From positions 32,001-96,000 of the forward strand of contig JAJPHT010000013.1 in NCBI GenBank assembly GCA_021325135.1: a DNA stretch of 64,000 bases. The letters are read 5' to 3'. Origin of the DNA: Pseudomonadota bacterium (GTDB taxonomy: Archaea > Thermoplasmatota > SW-10-69-26 > JACQPN01 > JAJPHT01). How positions within the stretch are numbered: the first letter of the stretch is position 1; the number at the start of each line of letters is the position of its first letter. Of this stretch, positions 47,624-57,204 are shown in pieces. The position numbers and the translations under genes were made by a program. The notes under the pieces were generated by a model. That model made no database searches. It saw only the letters and a program-made list of their open reading frames with translations, and was not told the origin of the DNA.

Positions 47624-49157
47624 CCCCGTGCTTCTTCCCCGGCAGCGTCTCGTCCTTCCCCTCGAAGAACGCGAGCCGGCGCGCAAGCTCCTCGCGAAGC
47701 TGCGAGGGGGGCACGACGTGGTCCACGACCTGGTCGTCAGCCATGACGTGCACGTCGATGTCCTTGCGGTAGTCGGCGCGCAGCTTCTCCACGAAGGCCT
47801 TGCGCTCGGGGCCGTCGGGGATGGCGAGGATCTTGTTCTGGTAGACCGCGTTGATGGCGGCCTCGGGGCCCATGATGGCGATCTCGGCCCCGGGCAGCGC
47901 GAGGGTGCTCTCGGGCTCGAAGGCGGGGCCGCACATGGCGTAGATGCCCGCGCCGTAGGCCTTGCGCACGACGACGCAGAACTTGGGCACCGTCGCCATG
48001 CTGGTCGCGTAGATGAACTTCCGGCCGCGCATGAGCACGGCCTTGCGCTCCATGTCGGGGCCCACCATGAAGCCGGGCGTGTCGCTGAGGTAGACGAGGG
48101 GGATGTTGAACGAGTCGCAGCGCCAGATGAAGTGCGCCGCCTTGTCGCTGCTCTCGGGGAAGATGGCGCCCGCCTTGTGGGCCGAGTTGTTGGCGACGAT
48201 GCCCACGACGCGGCCGTCGATGCGCGCGAGGCCGGTGATCAGCTCCGGCGCGTAGTCGGGCTTCAGCTCGAACCAGGAGCCCTCGTCGATGATGCCCTCG
48301 ATCACGCCGTGCATGTCGAAGGCCTTGTTGGGGTCCTCGGGGATGAGGCCCATGAGCGTGGCGGGGTCGCGCGCGGGGGGCGCGGGCTGGTAGCGCGGCG
48401 GCTGGTGATAGCAGCTCTGGGGCAGGTACGTCATGAGGCGCTTCACCATGAGGGCGGCCTCCTCCTCGTCCTGCACGACGACGTCGCAGCTTCCCGACTC
48501 GCGGGCGTGCATGTCGGGGCCGCCCAGGTCCTGCATGCTGATCTTCTCGCCCGTCACCATCTCCACCATGCGGGGGGACGCGATGACCATGGCGCTGCCC
48601 GTGTCGCGGACCATGAAGACGAAGTCGCAGAAGACGGGCGTGTACGCGGCGCCCGCGACGCAGGGCCCGTACATGACGCAGACCTGCGGCACGACGCCGC
48701 TCATGATGCTGTGGTTGTAGAAGTAGCGGCCGATGCCGTGGCGGTTGGCGAAGAAGCCCGCCTGGTCCGTGATGCGGCCGCCGCTGCTGTCGATGAGGTA
48801 GAGGATGGGGGTCCGCGTTTTGAGCGCGCGCTCCTGGGCTCGCAGGAACTTCTCGACGCCCTTCTCCGCCATGCTGCCGGCCTTCACGGTGTAGTCGTTG
48901 GCGATGACGAACACCTTGCGGCCCTCCAGGTCGCCGGCTCCCGTGACCATGCCGTCCGCCGCCAGCTCGTCCACCTTGTGCCAGTTGGCCAGGAGGCCGT
49001 CCTCGAACGCGAGCCCCTCGGGGAAGTAGAGCTTGAGCCGGTCGCGGACGAAGAGCTTGCTCTCGGTCGCGAGCTTCTCGCGGTACTTCTCGGGGCCGCC
49101 CTTCTGGGCCTTCGCCGTGTCGTCGAGGATGCGCTGCTCGCGGGGGTCCGCTGGCAT
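47613..49157 (-). CDS. Acyl-CoA carboxylase carboxyltransferase (beta) subunit
   Basis: ANDYTVKAGS, DSSGGR, GPCVAGAAY, LGG..MH, DTPGFMVG, RKAYGAG. Confidence 0.93.
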   Translation of the reverse strand: MPADPREQRILDDTAKAQKGGPEKYREKLATESKLFVRDRLKLYFPEGLAFEDGLLANWHKVDELAADGMVTGAGDLEGRKVFVIANDYTVKAGSMAEKGVEKFLRAQERALKTRTPILYLIDSSGGRITDQAGFFANRHGIGRYFYNHSIMSGVVPQVCVMYGPCVAGAAYTPVFCDFVFMVRDTGSAMVIASPRMVEMVTGEKISMQDLGGPDMHARESGSCDVVVQDEEEAALMVKRLMTYLPQSCYHQPPRYQPAPPARDPATLMGLIPEDPNKAFDMHGVIEGIIDEGSWFELKPDYAPELITGLARIDGRVVGIVANNSAHKAGAIFPESSDKAAHFIWRCDSFNIPLVYLSDTPGFMVGPDMERKAVLMRGRKFIYATSMATVPKFCVVVRKAYGAGIYAMCGPAFEPESTLALPGAEIAIMGPEAAINAVYQNKILAIPDGPERKAFVEKLRADYRKDIDVHVMADDQVVDHVVPPSQLREELARRLAFFEGKDETLPGKKHGAIL

Positions 49158-49216
49158 GGCCTTCGCTCGGGGACCCGAGAGGGGGGTCAAAAGCGTATCT
49201 GCCACGGGGGCGCCGG

Positions 49217-50368
49217 TCAGCGCGCCTTCGCGGCCGCTTCCAGCGCCATCACGTGCATGGCGACGCTCCAGCCCAGCGGCGTGTTGGGCCCCGGCTCGTC
49301 GGAGCCCGCGTAGTAGAGCTCGGGAAGGTTGCCCGGCTCGCGCAGCACGCGCTTCGTCCAGCGCAGGTAGTGGTCCGCCTTCGCCTCGTGCCCCATGTCG
49401 CGGTGGACGAGCGAGAGCCACGGCAGGCCGAAGCACCACTCCGCCTCGGTGCCGTGGTAGAACTCCCACGGCTTGTCGCGGCCGTGGTCGTCCGCCAGCG
49501 TGCTGTAGTAGCTGTCCCCCTGATAGCGCAGGACACCGCGGGCGCGCAGGAGCCGCTTCTCCACGTTGCGCACGATGCGCTCGCGCTGCTCGGGCGTCGC
49601 CACGCGGTAGGGCCAGCAGAGGGACAGGAGCGAGAGGTCCACGGGCTTCGTCGCGCTCTCGCGGGGCAGCAGCGCGTCGAGGGCGGCGCGCCCCTCCCTC
49701 ACGAGGTCGTCGGGGACGTCGAAGCCCTGCCGGCGCAGCGCGAGAAGCCCGCCGAGGCACGCGCCGATGCTGGAGGCGTGCACCTCCTCGGCCTCCTCCC
49801 ACATGCCGTTGTCCGCGTCCTCCCAGTAGCGCAGCGACTCCAGCATGCGCACGAGCTTGGCCACGAGGCGCCGGTCGCGGGCGTCGCGCAGCACGGGCTT
49901 GCCGTGCCGGAGGCCCTCCGCGACGCCGAAGAGGATGGCGCCGATGGCGTCGTTCTGCTTGTTGCCCCACGGCTCCTGGAACTCACGCAGCGTGTGCGGG
50001 TGGAAGCGCGCGTGGATGTACGCGTCGCCCGAGACCGGCTTCTGCCGGACGATGGCGTCGATCTTCCACTCGTGGCGGCGCAGGATGTCCAGGAGCGCAG
50101 CGTAGGTGCGCTCGTAGCGCGGGCCCTCCTTGTCGGCGTAGGGCATGACCTCGTAGACGGTGTCGCGGAGCCAGACCTTGCTGTAGTCCGCGCTAGGGCT
50201 TGCGATGTAGAGCCCGTTGGCGAGGCGGAGGCGGTCGAGCGTCTTGTACCCGGCCTCGACGAGCGCCTCGGGGCTCGCGTCGAGGACCGACGAGGGGGAG
50301 CCGCCGTTCATCGGAGGCAGGTGGGTCGCATGGGCATGGCTCGATCCGGGAGGCGGCGCGGTCGTCAT
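49217..50368 (-). CDS. GH15-like (alpha/alpha)6 glycoside hydrolase
   Basis: VWLRD, KQNDAIG, DNGMWEE..HASSIG, GVLRY.GD.Y, PELY, PLGWS. Confidence 0.82.
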   Translation of the reverse strand: MTTAPPPGSSHAHATHLPPMNGGSPSSVLDASPEALVEAGYKTLDRLRLANGLYIASPSADYSKVWLRDTVYEVMPYADKEGPRYERTYAALLDILRRHEWKIDAIVRQKPVSGDAYIHARFHPHTLREFQEPWGNKQNDAIGAILFGVAEGLRHGKPVLRDARDRRLVAKLVRMLESLRYWEDADNGMWEEAEEVHASSIGACLGGLLALRRQGFDVPDDLVREGRAALDALLPRESATKPVDLSLLSLCWPYRVATPEQRERIVRNVEKRLLRARGVLRYQGDSYYSTLADDHGRDKPWEFYHGTEAEWCFGLPWLSLVHRDMGHEAKADHYLRWTKRVLREPGNLPELYYAGSDEPGPNTPLGWSVAMHVMALEAAAKAR

Positions 50369-50791
50369 GGGGGGTCAGAGGAGGTCGGCAGCGGCGTTCG
50401 TCGGCAGGGAGCGGGGCGCAGGCGAGGTCCAGCGCTCGGGCGACGGCCCGGTCGGCGTGCCCGTGCGCGCGGAGGTGGTCCAGGAGGTCCACCATCTGCG
50501 CGAGCGTGAGCGTGCCGGCGCGCCGTCCCTCCCGGATCCGCTCCAGGACCGGGTGGTGGCAAGGCAGGCACGACACGTCCGCATGCTCGCCCCGCGGGGG
50601 AAACACCGTTTTGGAGCATCCTTGGAAGGCCCGCCGCGCCAGGCGGACGCCTCAGGGACGCGCCAAGGCGGGGCACGACCTCCGAGTCGCCGCCGGGCGC
50701 CATGAGGGTGTCGGAACGGCCCGACGCGCGGGTTCGCCGGATGCCGAACAGATTCCGGCGTTTGATCGCGCGGTGGCGCGATGAGGGCTGC

Positions 50792-51769
50792 ATGCGCGCC
50801 CCCCTGCTCCTGCTGCTCGCCGGTCTCGCCGCCAGCGCAGGTTGCCTGCGCTCCTTCGAGCCGCCCCACGAGATCGCCATCGACCGCCTGGACCTCAAGC
50901 CCGACCGCGTGATGAGCCAGGAGGTGCTGCTGAACCTGACGACCGTGCTCACGGGGCGCGGCAGCGGCGCGGCCTCCAACGTGAGCCTCCAGGCGAAGGC
51001 CTACAGCGAGGACACCGGCTTCCTGCTCGCGGAGAGCGAGACGCCCGTGGGCGACCTGGCCGGGGAGACGACGCACGCCGTTTCGCAGCTCCTCAGCGTG
51101 CCCAGGAGCGGCGGCGTCCGGCTGGACGTGCGCCTCTTCGAGGGCGACGCCGCGCGCGGGGGCGCGTCCATCTCCGCGCGCAATCTCCAGAGCCTGGAGC
51201 CCAACGTGCTCGACACGGGCCTGCGCATCGGCGACGTGGACTTCCTCGTGCGCAACGCGACCAACGACACGAAGCCGCGCATCGAGACGGACCTCTACGT
51301 CACCAACGAGGGGAGCCAGCCCTCGGAGGACCTTCGCGTGCAGGTGAAGGCGCGCGAGGTCACGACGCGCCTCGTGGCCGACACGCAGTGGGTCGAGACG
51401 GGCGCCATCGCGCCGGGCGCCACGGTGATCCGCGCCGTGAACCTCACCGTGCCCGACCATTACAACTACGTCTTCGAGATCGTGACGTGGCGCGGCGAGA
51501 GCATCGTGGCCCGCACCGAGGGCAACGTGCAGCTCGCGCCCACGTTCGAGAAGCCCAAGGACCAGGAGCTGGTCGTCACGCAGCCCAACCTCAACGACTT
51601 CGTCACCGCGACCCCCACGACCATCGCCTACGACGCGAGCAAGCCCGGCGGCTACGCAAGCGGCCCCGCGATCGCGACGCCCTCGGCCAAGGTGCCGGGC
51701 CTCGGCCTGGCGGCCGGGCTCGCGGCGGCGGGCGCCGCGGCCCTCGCCCTCAGGAGGTGGCGCCAGTGA
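50792..51769 (+). CDS. Exported two-Ig-domain protein with lipobox and PGF-CTERM-like tail
   Basis: ASAGC; ends KVPGLGLAAGLAAAGAAALALRRWRQ. Confidence 0.75.
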   Translation: MRAPLLLLLAGLAASAGCLRSFEPPHEIAIDRLDLKPDRVMSQEVLLNLTTVLTGRGSGAASNVSLQAKAYSEDTGFLLAESETPVGDLAGETTHAVSQLLSVPRSGGVRLDVRLFEGDAARGGASISARNLQSLEPNVLDTGLRIGDVDFLVRNATNDTKPRIETDLYVTNEGSQPSEDLRVQVKAREVTTRLVADTQWVETGAIAPGATVIRAVNLTVPDHYNYVFEIVTWRGESIVARTEGNVQLAPTFEKPKDQELVVTQPNLNDFVTATPTTIAYDASKPGGYASGPAIATPSAKVPGLGLAAGLAAAGAAALALRRWRQ

Positions 51770-52011
51770 GCGCCGTGCCCGAGGCGCCCGCGCGCGAGCG
51801 CCTGGAGGGGTGGTTCCGCGTCGCCGCCTTCGTCGTGCTCGCCCTGGTGGGCGCGCTGGCGACGGTGCAGACGTACCTCTCCCTCCAGGGGAGCATCTCG
51901 CTCTGGCTCCAGCCCCAGTGGGCGCCCGTGGCCCAGGCCGCGTTCAGCCTCCTGGTGCTGGCCATCGTCGTGTGGCTCCTGCGCGCGTTCGTGATATCAA
52001 GACGCGCGTGA
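51766..52011 (+). CDS. Small two-TM protein coupled to the upstream gene
   Basis: GTGA overlap, GGAGGTG RBS. Confidence 0.75.
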   Translation: MSAVPEAPARERLEGWFRVAAFVVLALVGALATVQTYLSLQGSISLWLQPQWAPVAQAAFSLLVLAIVVWLLRAFVISRRA

Positions 52012-52015
52012 GAGA

Positions 52016-52723
52016 TCACGCCTTGCGCGCCTTGCGGTGCTCGGCCGCCTCGTGGACCCAGCGGCGCTCCTTGACGGCCTCGCCCGGGTAGCCCACGATG
52101 CGGAACCACAGGTGGGAGTGCGGCCCGAGCGTCACCGTGAGGGTGCCCGCGCCGTCGTAGGCCACGCTGGCGTTGCCGCGCAGCACGAGCTTCGCCTCGT
52201 GGCCGTCCTTCGAGAGGAGCGCGCCCGCGGGGCTCCACCCCTTCTGCGCGGCGAACGTCGTGACGTTGGTGCCCGCGAGGACCTTCAGCGTCACGACGTT
52301 CCCCTGCGCGCTGGTCGCGACGAAGGCGGCGTTGCGCGCGTCGAAGGCCGCGAAGGAGAAGTCCGGGCCGTCGCGCTCGACGAAGACGGGGCCGTGCGTC
52401 GCGTCCTTGAGGGCGCTGCCGTTCGCATCCGCGAAGGAGATGCTCTCGAAGACCACCGCGTCGCCCCACGGGCCGCGGCTCGTGTAGTCCGAGATGGCGC
52501 CCGTCTGGGCGTCCACCGTGAAGCCGACGTTGCGGCCCGAGACGACGCCGTCCTGGAGGCGGAACGCCGCGAGCCCCCGGCAGGGGTCGCACATGCGCTT
52601 GTCCTTCTGGACGGGGGCGGAGGGGGTGTCGTTCGCGTTGGCCTGGCTGGCCGCCATCGCGACGCCCGCGCCCAGGAGGGCGAGGACCGCGACGCCGGCG
52701 AGGATGACCTTCTTGGAGACCAT
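52016..52723 (-). CDS. Secreted hypothetical protein
   Basis: MVSKKVILAG signal peptide; beta-rich. Confidence 0.7.
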   Translation of the reverse strand: MVSKKVILAGVAVLALLGAGVAMAASQANANDTPSAPVQKDKRMCDPCRGLAAFRLQDGVVSGRNVGFTVDAQTGAISDYTSRGPWGDAVVFESISFADANGSALKDATHGPVFVERDGPDFSFAAFDARNAAFVATSAQGNVVTLKVLAGTNVTTFAAQKGWSPAGALLSKDGHEAKLVLRGNASVAYDGAGTLTVTLGPHSHLWFRIVGYPGEAVKERRWVHEAAEHRKARKA

Positions 52724-52869
52724 GTGGCTCACCAGAGGGCCATGCGCGCCGGGGAGGGATAGCCCTCGGCCGACTTGTGGTCCAAGGGGCGCCCGAGGTT
52801 CGCCCGAATCTCGCCCCCTTCTCCTGGGATACAACAAGGCTTATCCGGGCCCGTCGCGGGCTCCCGGCC

Positions 52870-54060
52870 ATGCGCGCCCTGGCCCTGCTCGCCGTCCTCG
52901 CGCTCCTCGCGGGCTGCGCCGCGCCCAAGCCCGCGCCCGCCCCGGCCAACGCCACCAACGCGACCGCGGTGGCCCCCATGGACTACAGCCCCAGCAACGC
53001 CACGGTCCCCCAGGCGGAGATCCAGAACGCGACCCTGGGCGAGAGCCACGTCCACGACCTCTGGAAGGGGCGCGAGCAGATCGTCCTCCTGGACGCGGAG
53101 GTCGCGGCGGGCCTCTGCGAAGGCCCCGCCGACGCGGCCCTCTTCCTCGCGCAGGAGCTCGTCGAGCACCAGGGCGCGGCGGACGGCTGCGCGCGCCTCT
53201 CCATCCCCGAGGGCGTCGTCGTGCCCGAAGGCACCGGCGACCTGGAGGTGTCGGTGGACGCCAGCGACGCGCTCAAGGGGGGCGCCATGGAGCTGAACTT
53301 CCGCGACAAGGCGCGCGAAGGGTATGGCGACCCCACGACGAACCCCGTCCACGCGTGGCACCTCAACCTCACGCAGGCGGACTGGGACCTCCCCCACGCG
53401 AACGCCACGACGTGGATCATCTACGTCCAGGCGCACGGCGACCCCGCGGGCCTCATGGACGGCAACGTCAAGGCGCGCGTCGTCGCGCACCGCATCCCCG
53501 GCTGGCAGCCCATCCTCGCGGTCGCGCACGTCGACCACTGGAAGCTGCCCCACCTGCACGACTTCCCCGCGCCCGACGTGATGCGCCTCTACGACGGGCC
53601 CGCCAACGTCACCAACATCGACCCCGCGCGCTTCCAGGGGCAGGACATCCCCGAGCCCATCAAGCTCAAGGACATCATCGCGCCCGACACGAAGCACGTG
53701 ACGCTCGTCGTCGACCGCAAGACCAACGGCTGCCCCGCGCCCATGGAGTGCTGGCTCGTGCCCGCGCTCGTCGTGGGCGGCTACGAGCGCGAACGCTTCG
53801 GCAACCTCACCTTCGCCGAGGGCGAGCGCCGCGTCTACACCTGGAGCGTGCCCGGCGAGGTCCCCGAGGACAGCGTCTACGCCAACGCCAGCACGACCAT
53901 GATCGACCCGCGCATCGAGGGGTGCCCGCCCGGCGGCGACGAGTCGACCTGCGGGATCACCAGCATCGCGTCCACCACCGTCACGGCGCGCATCCTCGTG
54001 CTCGCGTGGCACGGCGACGTGGACGTGGCGAAGCTCAAGGCGATCGCAGACGCGAAGTGA
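52870..54060 (+). CDS. Hypothetical lipoprotein
   Basis: LLAGC; several N-x-T/S sequons; paired Cys. Confidence 0.75.
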   Translation: MRALALLAVLALLAGCAAPKPAPAPANATNATAVAPMDYSPSNATVPQAEIQNATLGESHVHDLWKGREQIVLLDAEVAAGLCEGPADAALFLAQELVEHQGAADGCARLSIPEGVVVPEGTGDLEVSVDASDALKGGAMELNFRDKAREGYGDPTTNPVHAWHLNLTQADWDLPHANATTWIIYVQAHGDPAGLMDGNVKARVVAHRIPGWQPILAVAHVDHWKLPHLHDFPAPDVMRLYDGPANVTNIDPARFQGQDIPEPIKLKDIIAPDTKHVTLVVDRKTNGCPAPMECWLVPALVVGGYERERFGNLTFAEGERRVYTWSVPGEVPEDSVYANASTTMIDPRIEGCPPGGDESTCGITSIASTTVTARILVLAWHGDVDVAKLKAIADAK

Positions 54061-54307
54061 GCGCGAATCCGCAGCGCGCGCAGAAGGCCAGCTCGGGGTC
54101 CCGCGCGCAGCCGCACGCAGCGCACCCCGGCGCCACGAGCCGCGGCGCGCGCCAGGCGAGGAACGTCACGCCCAGCGCCATCGCCACCGCGCCCGCGATG
54201 GCGACAAGGCCCGCTTGCCCGGGCTGCGCGCGCATGAGGGCGAGGCCCAGCGCGGCGTCGCCGAGGAGGAGGCCCCCCATGAGGAGGAGGAAGACCCGGG
54301 CGTCCAC
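54035..54307 (-). CDS. Two-TM protein with zinc ribbon
   Basis: CAACG..FCARCG. Confidence 0.65.
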   Translation of the reverse strand: MDARVFLLLMGGLLLGDAALGLALMRAQPGQAGLVAIAGAVAMALGVTFLAWRAPRLVAPGCAACGCARDPELAFCARCGFALTSRLRSP

Positions 54308-54346
54308 GCGGAGGAGGCGGGCGCCGCGACGGATAGCCGTTGAGGG

Positions 54347-54817
54347 TCAGCGCGCGAAGGACGGGTCCAGGCGCGGAGCGTCGCGCTCGCAGAGCTTCGC
54401 AGCCGCGCGCCACGTGCGGGCGTAGCTGCGGCGCGCGAAGCGGAGGAACGCGGGCCTCGCGAGGCGGCCCCACGCGTTGCGCGCGCGGATGGTGACGCGG
54501 ATCGAGACGCGCGTGCCGCCGGGCGTCGCGGCGAGCGTGAACTCGTCCTTCTGCGCGAGGCCCAGGGGCAGGCCCACGTCCACGTCCCAGCCGTCGGGGC
54601 GGAAGCGGAACGTCTCCGGGACTCGCAGGTTGCGCAGCGGCGGGACGCGCCAGTAGGTGAGGACCTTCCACTCCTCGGGCGTGCGGCTGAGCGTCACGAT
54701 GCGGTGGGGTTGCTCGCGCGGGTCGGAGGCGCGGTAGTCGTCGGGCGCCTGCGTCCACCACGCGCGGACCTCGGCGGGCGGGCGCGCGATCTCCAGGTCC
54801 ACCGCGATGTCGGCCAC
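54347..54817 (-). CDS. SRPBCC/START-like protein
   Basis: LEIARPPAEVRAWWT..GGTRV. Confidence 0.6.
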   Translation of the reverse strand: MADIAVDLEIARPPAEVRAWWTQAPDDYRASDPREQPHRIVTLSRTPEEWKVLTYWRVPPLRNLRVPETFRFRPDGWDVDVGLPLGLAQKDEFTLAATPGGTRVSIRVTIRARNAWGRLARPAFLRFARRSYARTWRAAAKLCERDAPRLDPSFAR

Positions 54818-54821
54818 GCGC

Positions 54822-55430
54822 TCAGCCCGCGGACCAGGTGACCTTGGTCATGAGGTCGCCCGCGCGGAGCTGGTCGACGACGTCCATGCCGCTGGTGACC
54901 TTGCCGAAGACCGTGTACTGGCCATCGAGGAAGTGCGCGCCGTTCTTGGCGTTGACGACGTAGAACTGCGAGTCGCCCGAGTTGGGGTCGTTGGCGCGGG
55001 CGAGGCCCACGGCGCCATAGTCATGCTTCTGCGCGCCGCCCGCCTCCAGGGGGACCGTCGTGCCCGAGCCGCCCGTGCCGCAGCCCGAGGAGGACGGGTC
55101 CTTCCAGCCGTCGCCCTTGCAGTTGGGGTCGCCGCCCTGGATGACGAAGTCCGCGACGTAGCGGTGGAAGGGGATGCCGTCGTAGAACCCCTTCTTCACG
55201 AGGTCCGCGATGTGCGCCGACGTCTTGGGCGCGTCCTGCGGATCGAGCTGGAAGGAGAACGTCCCCTTGGAGGTCTGGACGGTGATGATCCCCGCGCCGC
55301 CGCCCGATGTCGTGTTGTTGGTCCCCGCGGGCGTCGTGCCGCCCGAGGGCGTCGTGGCGCTGGGCGTGGAAGGCGTGGAGGCGCAGCCCGCGAGGACGAG
55401 GGCCAGCGCGACGAGGAGGATGGGGCGCAT
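54822..55430 (-). CDS. Cyclophilin-type peptidyl-prolyl isomerase lipoprotein
   Basis: VLAGC; GFYDGIPFHR, FVIQGGDP, SQFY, LDGQYTVFGKV. Confidence 0.93.
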   Translation of the reverse strand: MRPILLVALALVLAGCASTPSTPSATTPSGGTTPAGTNNTTSGGGAGIITVQTSKGTFSFQLDPQDAPKTSAHIADLVKKGFYDGIPFHRYVADFVIQGGDPNCKGDGWKDPSSSGCGTGGSGTTVPLEAGGAQKHDYGAVGLARANDPNSGDSQFYVVNAKNGAHFLDGQYTVFGKVTSGMDVVDQLRAGDLMTKVTWSAG

Positions 55431-55471
55431 CGGGCGCAGACCGAGCGCCCCCGGGAAAACCTTGCCGCTCC

Positions 55472-55906
55472 TCACGGCTCCGCGTAGAAGAGCGCCACCG
55501 CGTCGGGGAGCCTGCGGTCGCCCACCGTCGCGCTCAGCGTGACGCGGTAGGTCCCCGCCTCGGGGAACGTCGAGCGCGGGATCGTCTCCACGTGGATGGG
55601 GAAGTCGCCCTGGTTGGTGAACGAGTCCGCGGTGAGCGGCACGTCGCGCTGGGCGACGAAGGAGTACGTCGGCGGATCGGGCGGCTCGTGCTGCTCCTCC
55701 AGCGTGAGGTGGATCGCGCCGCGGAACGCCCGCGTCACGTTGCCCGCGTCGCGGCCCGTGATCTCGATGACGCCGTCCTGGCCCACCTTGTCGTAGGCGT
55801 TGACGTGGATGGCGGACACCTTGTCGCTCTCGTCGGGGAAGACGTGGTCGGTGCCCAGGCAGCCGGCCAGCGCCAGCGCGGCGACCACCAGGGACGCGGG
55901 GCGCAT
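55472..55906 (-). CDS. Hypothetical lipoprotein
   Basis: ALAGCLG lipobox. Confidence 0.7.
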   Translation of the reverse strand: MRPASLVVAALALAGCLGTDHVFPDESDKVSAIHVNAYDKVGQDGVIEITGRDAGNVTRAFRGAIHLTLEEQHEPPDPPTYSFVAQRDVPLTADSFTNQGDFPIHVETIPRSTFPEAGTYRVTLSATVGDRRLPDAVALFYAEP

Positions 55907-55953
55907 CCTCCGGGAGCGTGGCGCGCCGCTGCAAATACCTCGTTGCTGCCGCG

Positions 55954-56340
55954 TCACTCGTAGACGGGCGGCCGCTGCACGCTCTCGGGGCGGTGCCGCG
56001 CGACCTCGCCCACGATGCGCTCCGGCTCGTCGGTCGCGACCTCCACCTCGTCGAACTCGGGGTGGTTGTGCAGCGTGAGGCGGAGCGTCTGCCGGGTGTC
56101 GCGGCCGATGTCGACGAAGCGCCGGCCCGCGCCCTCCTTGAACGCGCCCGCCGCGATGCGGCCCGGCACGTGCGTCCCCATGCGGACGCTGCCCAGCCGG
56201 GGCCACGCGGGCGCCTCGCACGCCGCGCCCTCGATGGTGGAGAAGGGCACGAGGAGCGTTCGCCGCATGGCGGCGACCTGGTCGATGCCGTGAAGCTCGA
56301 TGAGCAGGTGGTCCTCGCGGACGTCGATGCTGGCCCTCAT
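55954..56340 (-). CDS. Hypothetical protein (PH-like)
   Basis: VPFSTI..RMGTHVPG.IAAGAF pattern. Confidence 0.65.
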   Translation of the reverse strand: MRASIDVREDHLLIELHGIDQVAAMRRTLLVPFSTIEGAACEAPAWPRLGSVRMGTHVPGRIAAGAFKEGAGRRFVDIGRDTRQTLRLTLHNHPEFDEVEVATDEPERIVGEVARHRPESVQRPPVYE

Positions 56341-56444
56341 GCCCCTCGCGTCCGCCGCGCAAGGCCTTGAGGGCGACGGTTGGTGAGAAAGCGGCGCGCC
56401 CCCCACCGTCACGCCCAAGCACCAGAGGGGGGCTCCTCGCCCCG

Positions 56445-56915
56445 ATGGCCGCGAAGAAAGCTGCGAAGCGCGCTGCGAAGAAGGCGCCCGCCAGGAAGAA
56501 GCCCGCCAAGAAGGCCCCTGCGAAGCGCGTCGGCGGGCGCGCCGGCACCGCGGGCAAGGCCGAGGGCGACGCCCCTGTGAAGGCCTACATCGCGTCGCTC
56601 CCCGGCTGGCAGCGCGAGGTCGCGGAGCGCTTCGACGCCATCGTCGCCCGCGAGGTGCCGGACGTGAGGCGCGCCGTGAAGTGGAGCGTGCCCTTCTACG
56701 GCCGCGAAGGCATGGGCTGGTTCGCGTCCTTCGGCGCGTTCCAGAAGCACGTGAAGATCCAGTTCTTCAACGGCGTCCACCTCAAGCCGCAGCCTCCCCT
56801 GGGCGAGAACCGCGAAGGGCGCGCGCTGGACCTGCGCAGCACCGAGGAGCTTGACGAGAGGCAGATCACGGACTGGGTGCGGCAGTCCTCGAAGCTGCCG
56901 GGGTGGGGGAAGTAG
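56445..56915 (+). CDS. DUF1801/YdhG-like protein with Lys/Ala-rich N-tail
   Basis: V.AYIASLP.WQR, AVKW.VPFY, F..HVK..FF.G. Confidence 0.85.
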   Translation: MAAKKAAKRAAKKAPARKKPAKKAPAKRVGGRAGTAGKAEGDAPVKAYIASLPGWQREVAERFDAIVAREVPDVRRAVKWSVPFYGREGMGWFASFGAFQKHVKIQFFNGVHLKPQPPLGENREGRALDLRSTEELDERQITDWVRQSSKLPGWGK

Positions 56916-57204
56916 GGCCAGGCCAGTCTTGGGGTCGTCGGATCCAGGGAGTTCCCCTGACTCTCGGATGTTCTGCGAAAAGGACACGGGTGGCGCTCGA
57001 CCCGAGGATTGCCTCAAGCCGCAGCGTCAGGTTCGTCCTGGGCCCGGCGCCGCTTCTGGAAACGCGCCCGCTGAGCGGCAATGAAACCGCCCTGCTCCCA
57101 AGGCACTGTTGCCGAGAGACCGCGGACAGCGATTTCTTTGCTCACTGTCTTTGGCATCATAGCACCATGACGTATTTCAAGCCTTAAAGTCGTTGGAACC
57201 TTCT

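Noticed and set aside
50193-50606. Possible small ORF (SCLPCHHPVLERIREG..) upstream of the GH15 gene
   Set aside because: Start unclear, substantial overlap with the GH15 ORF and no family recognised.
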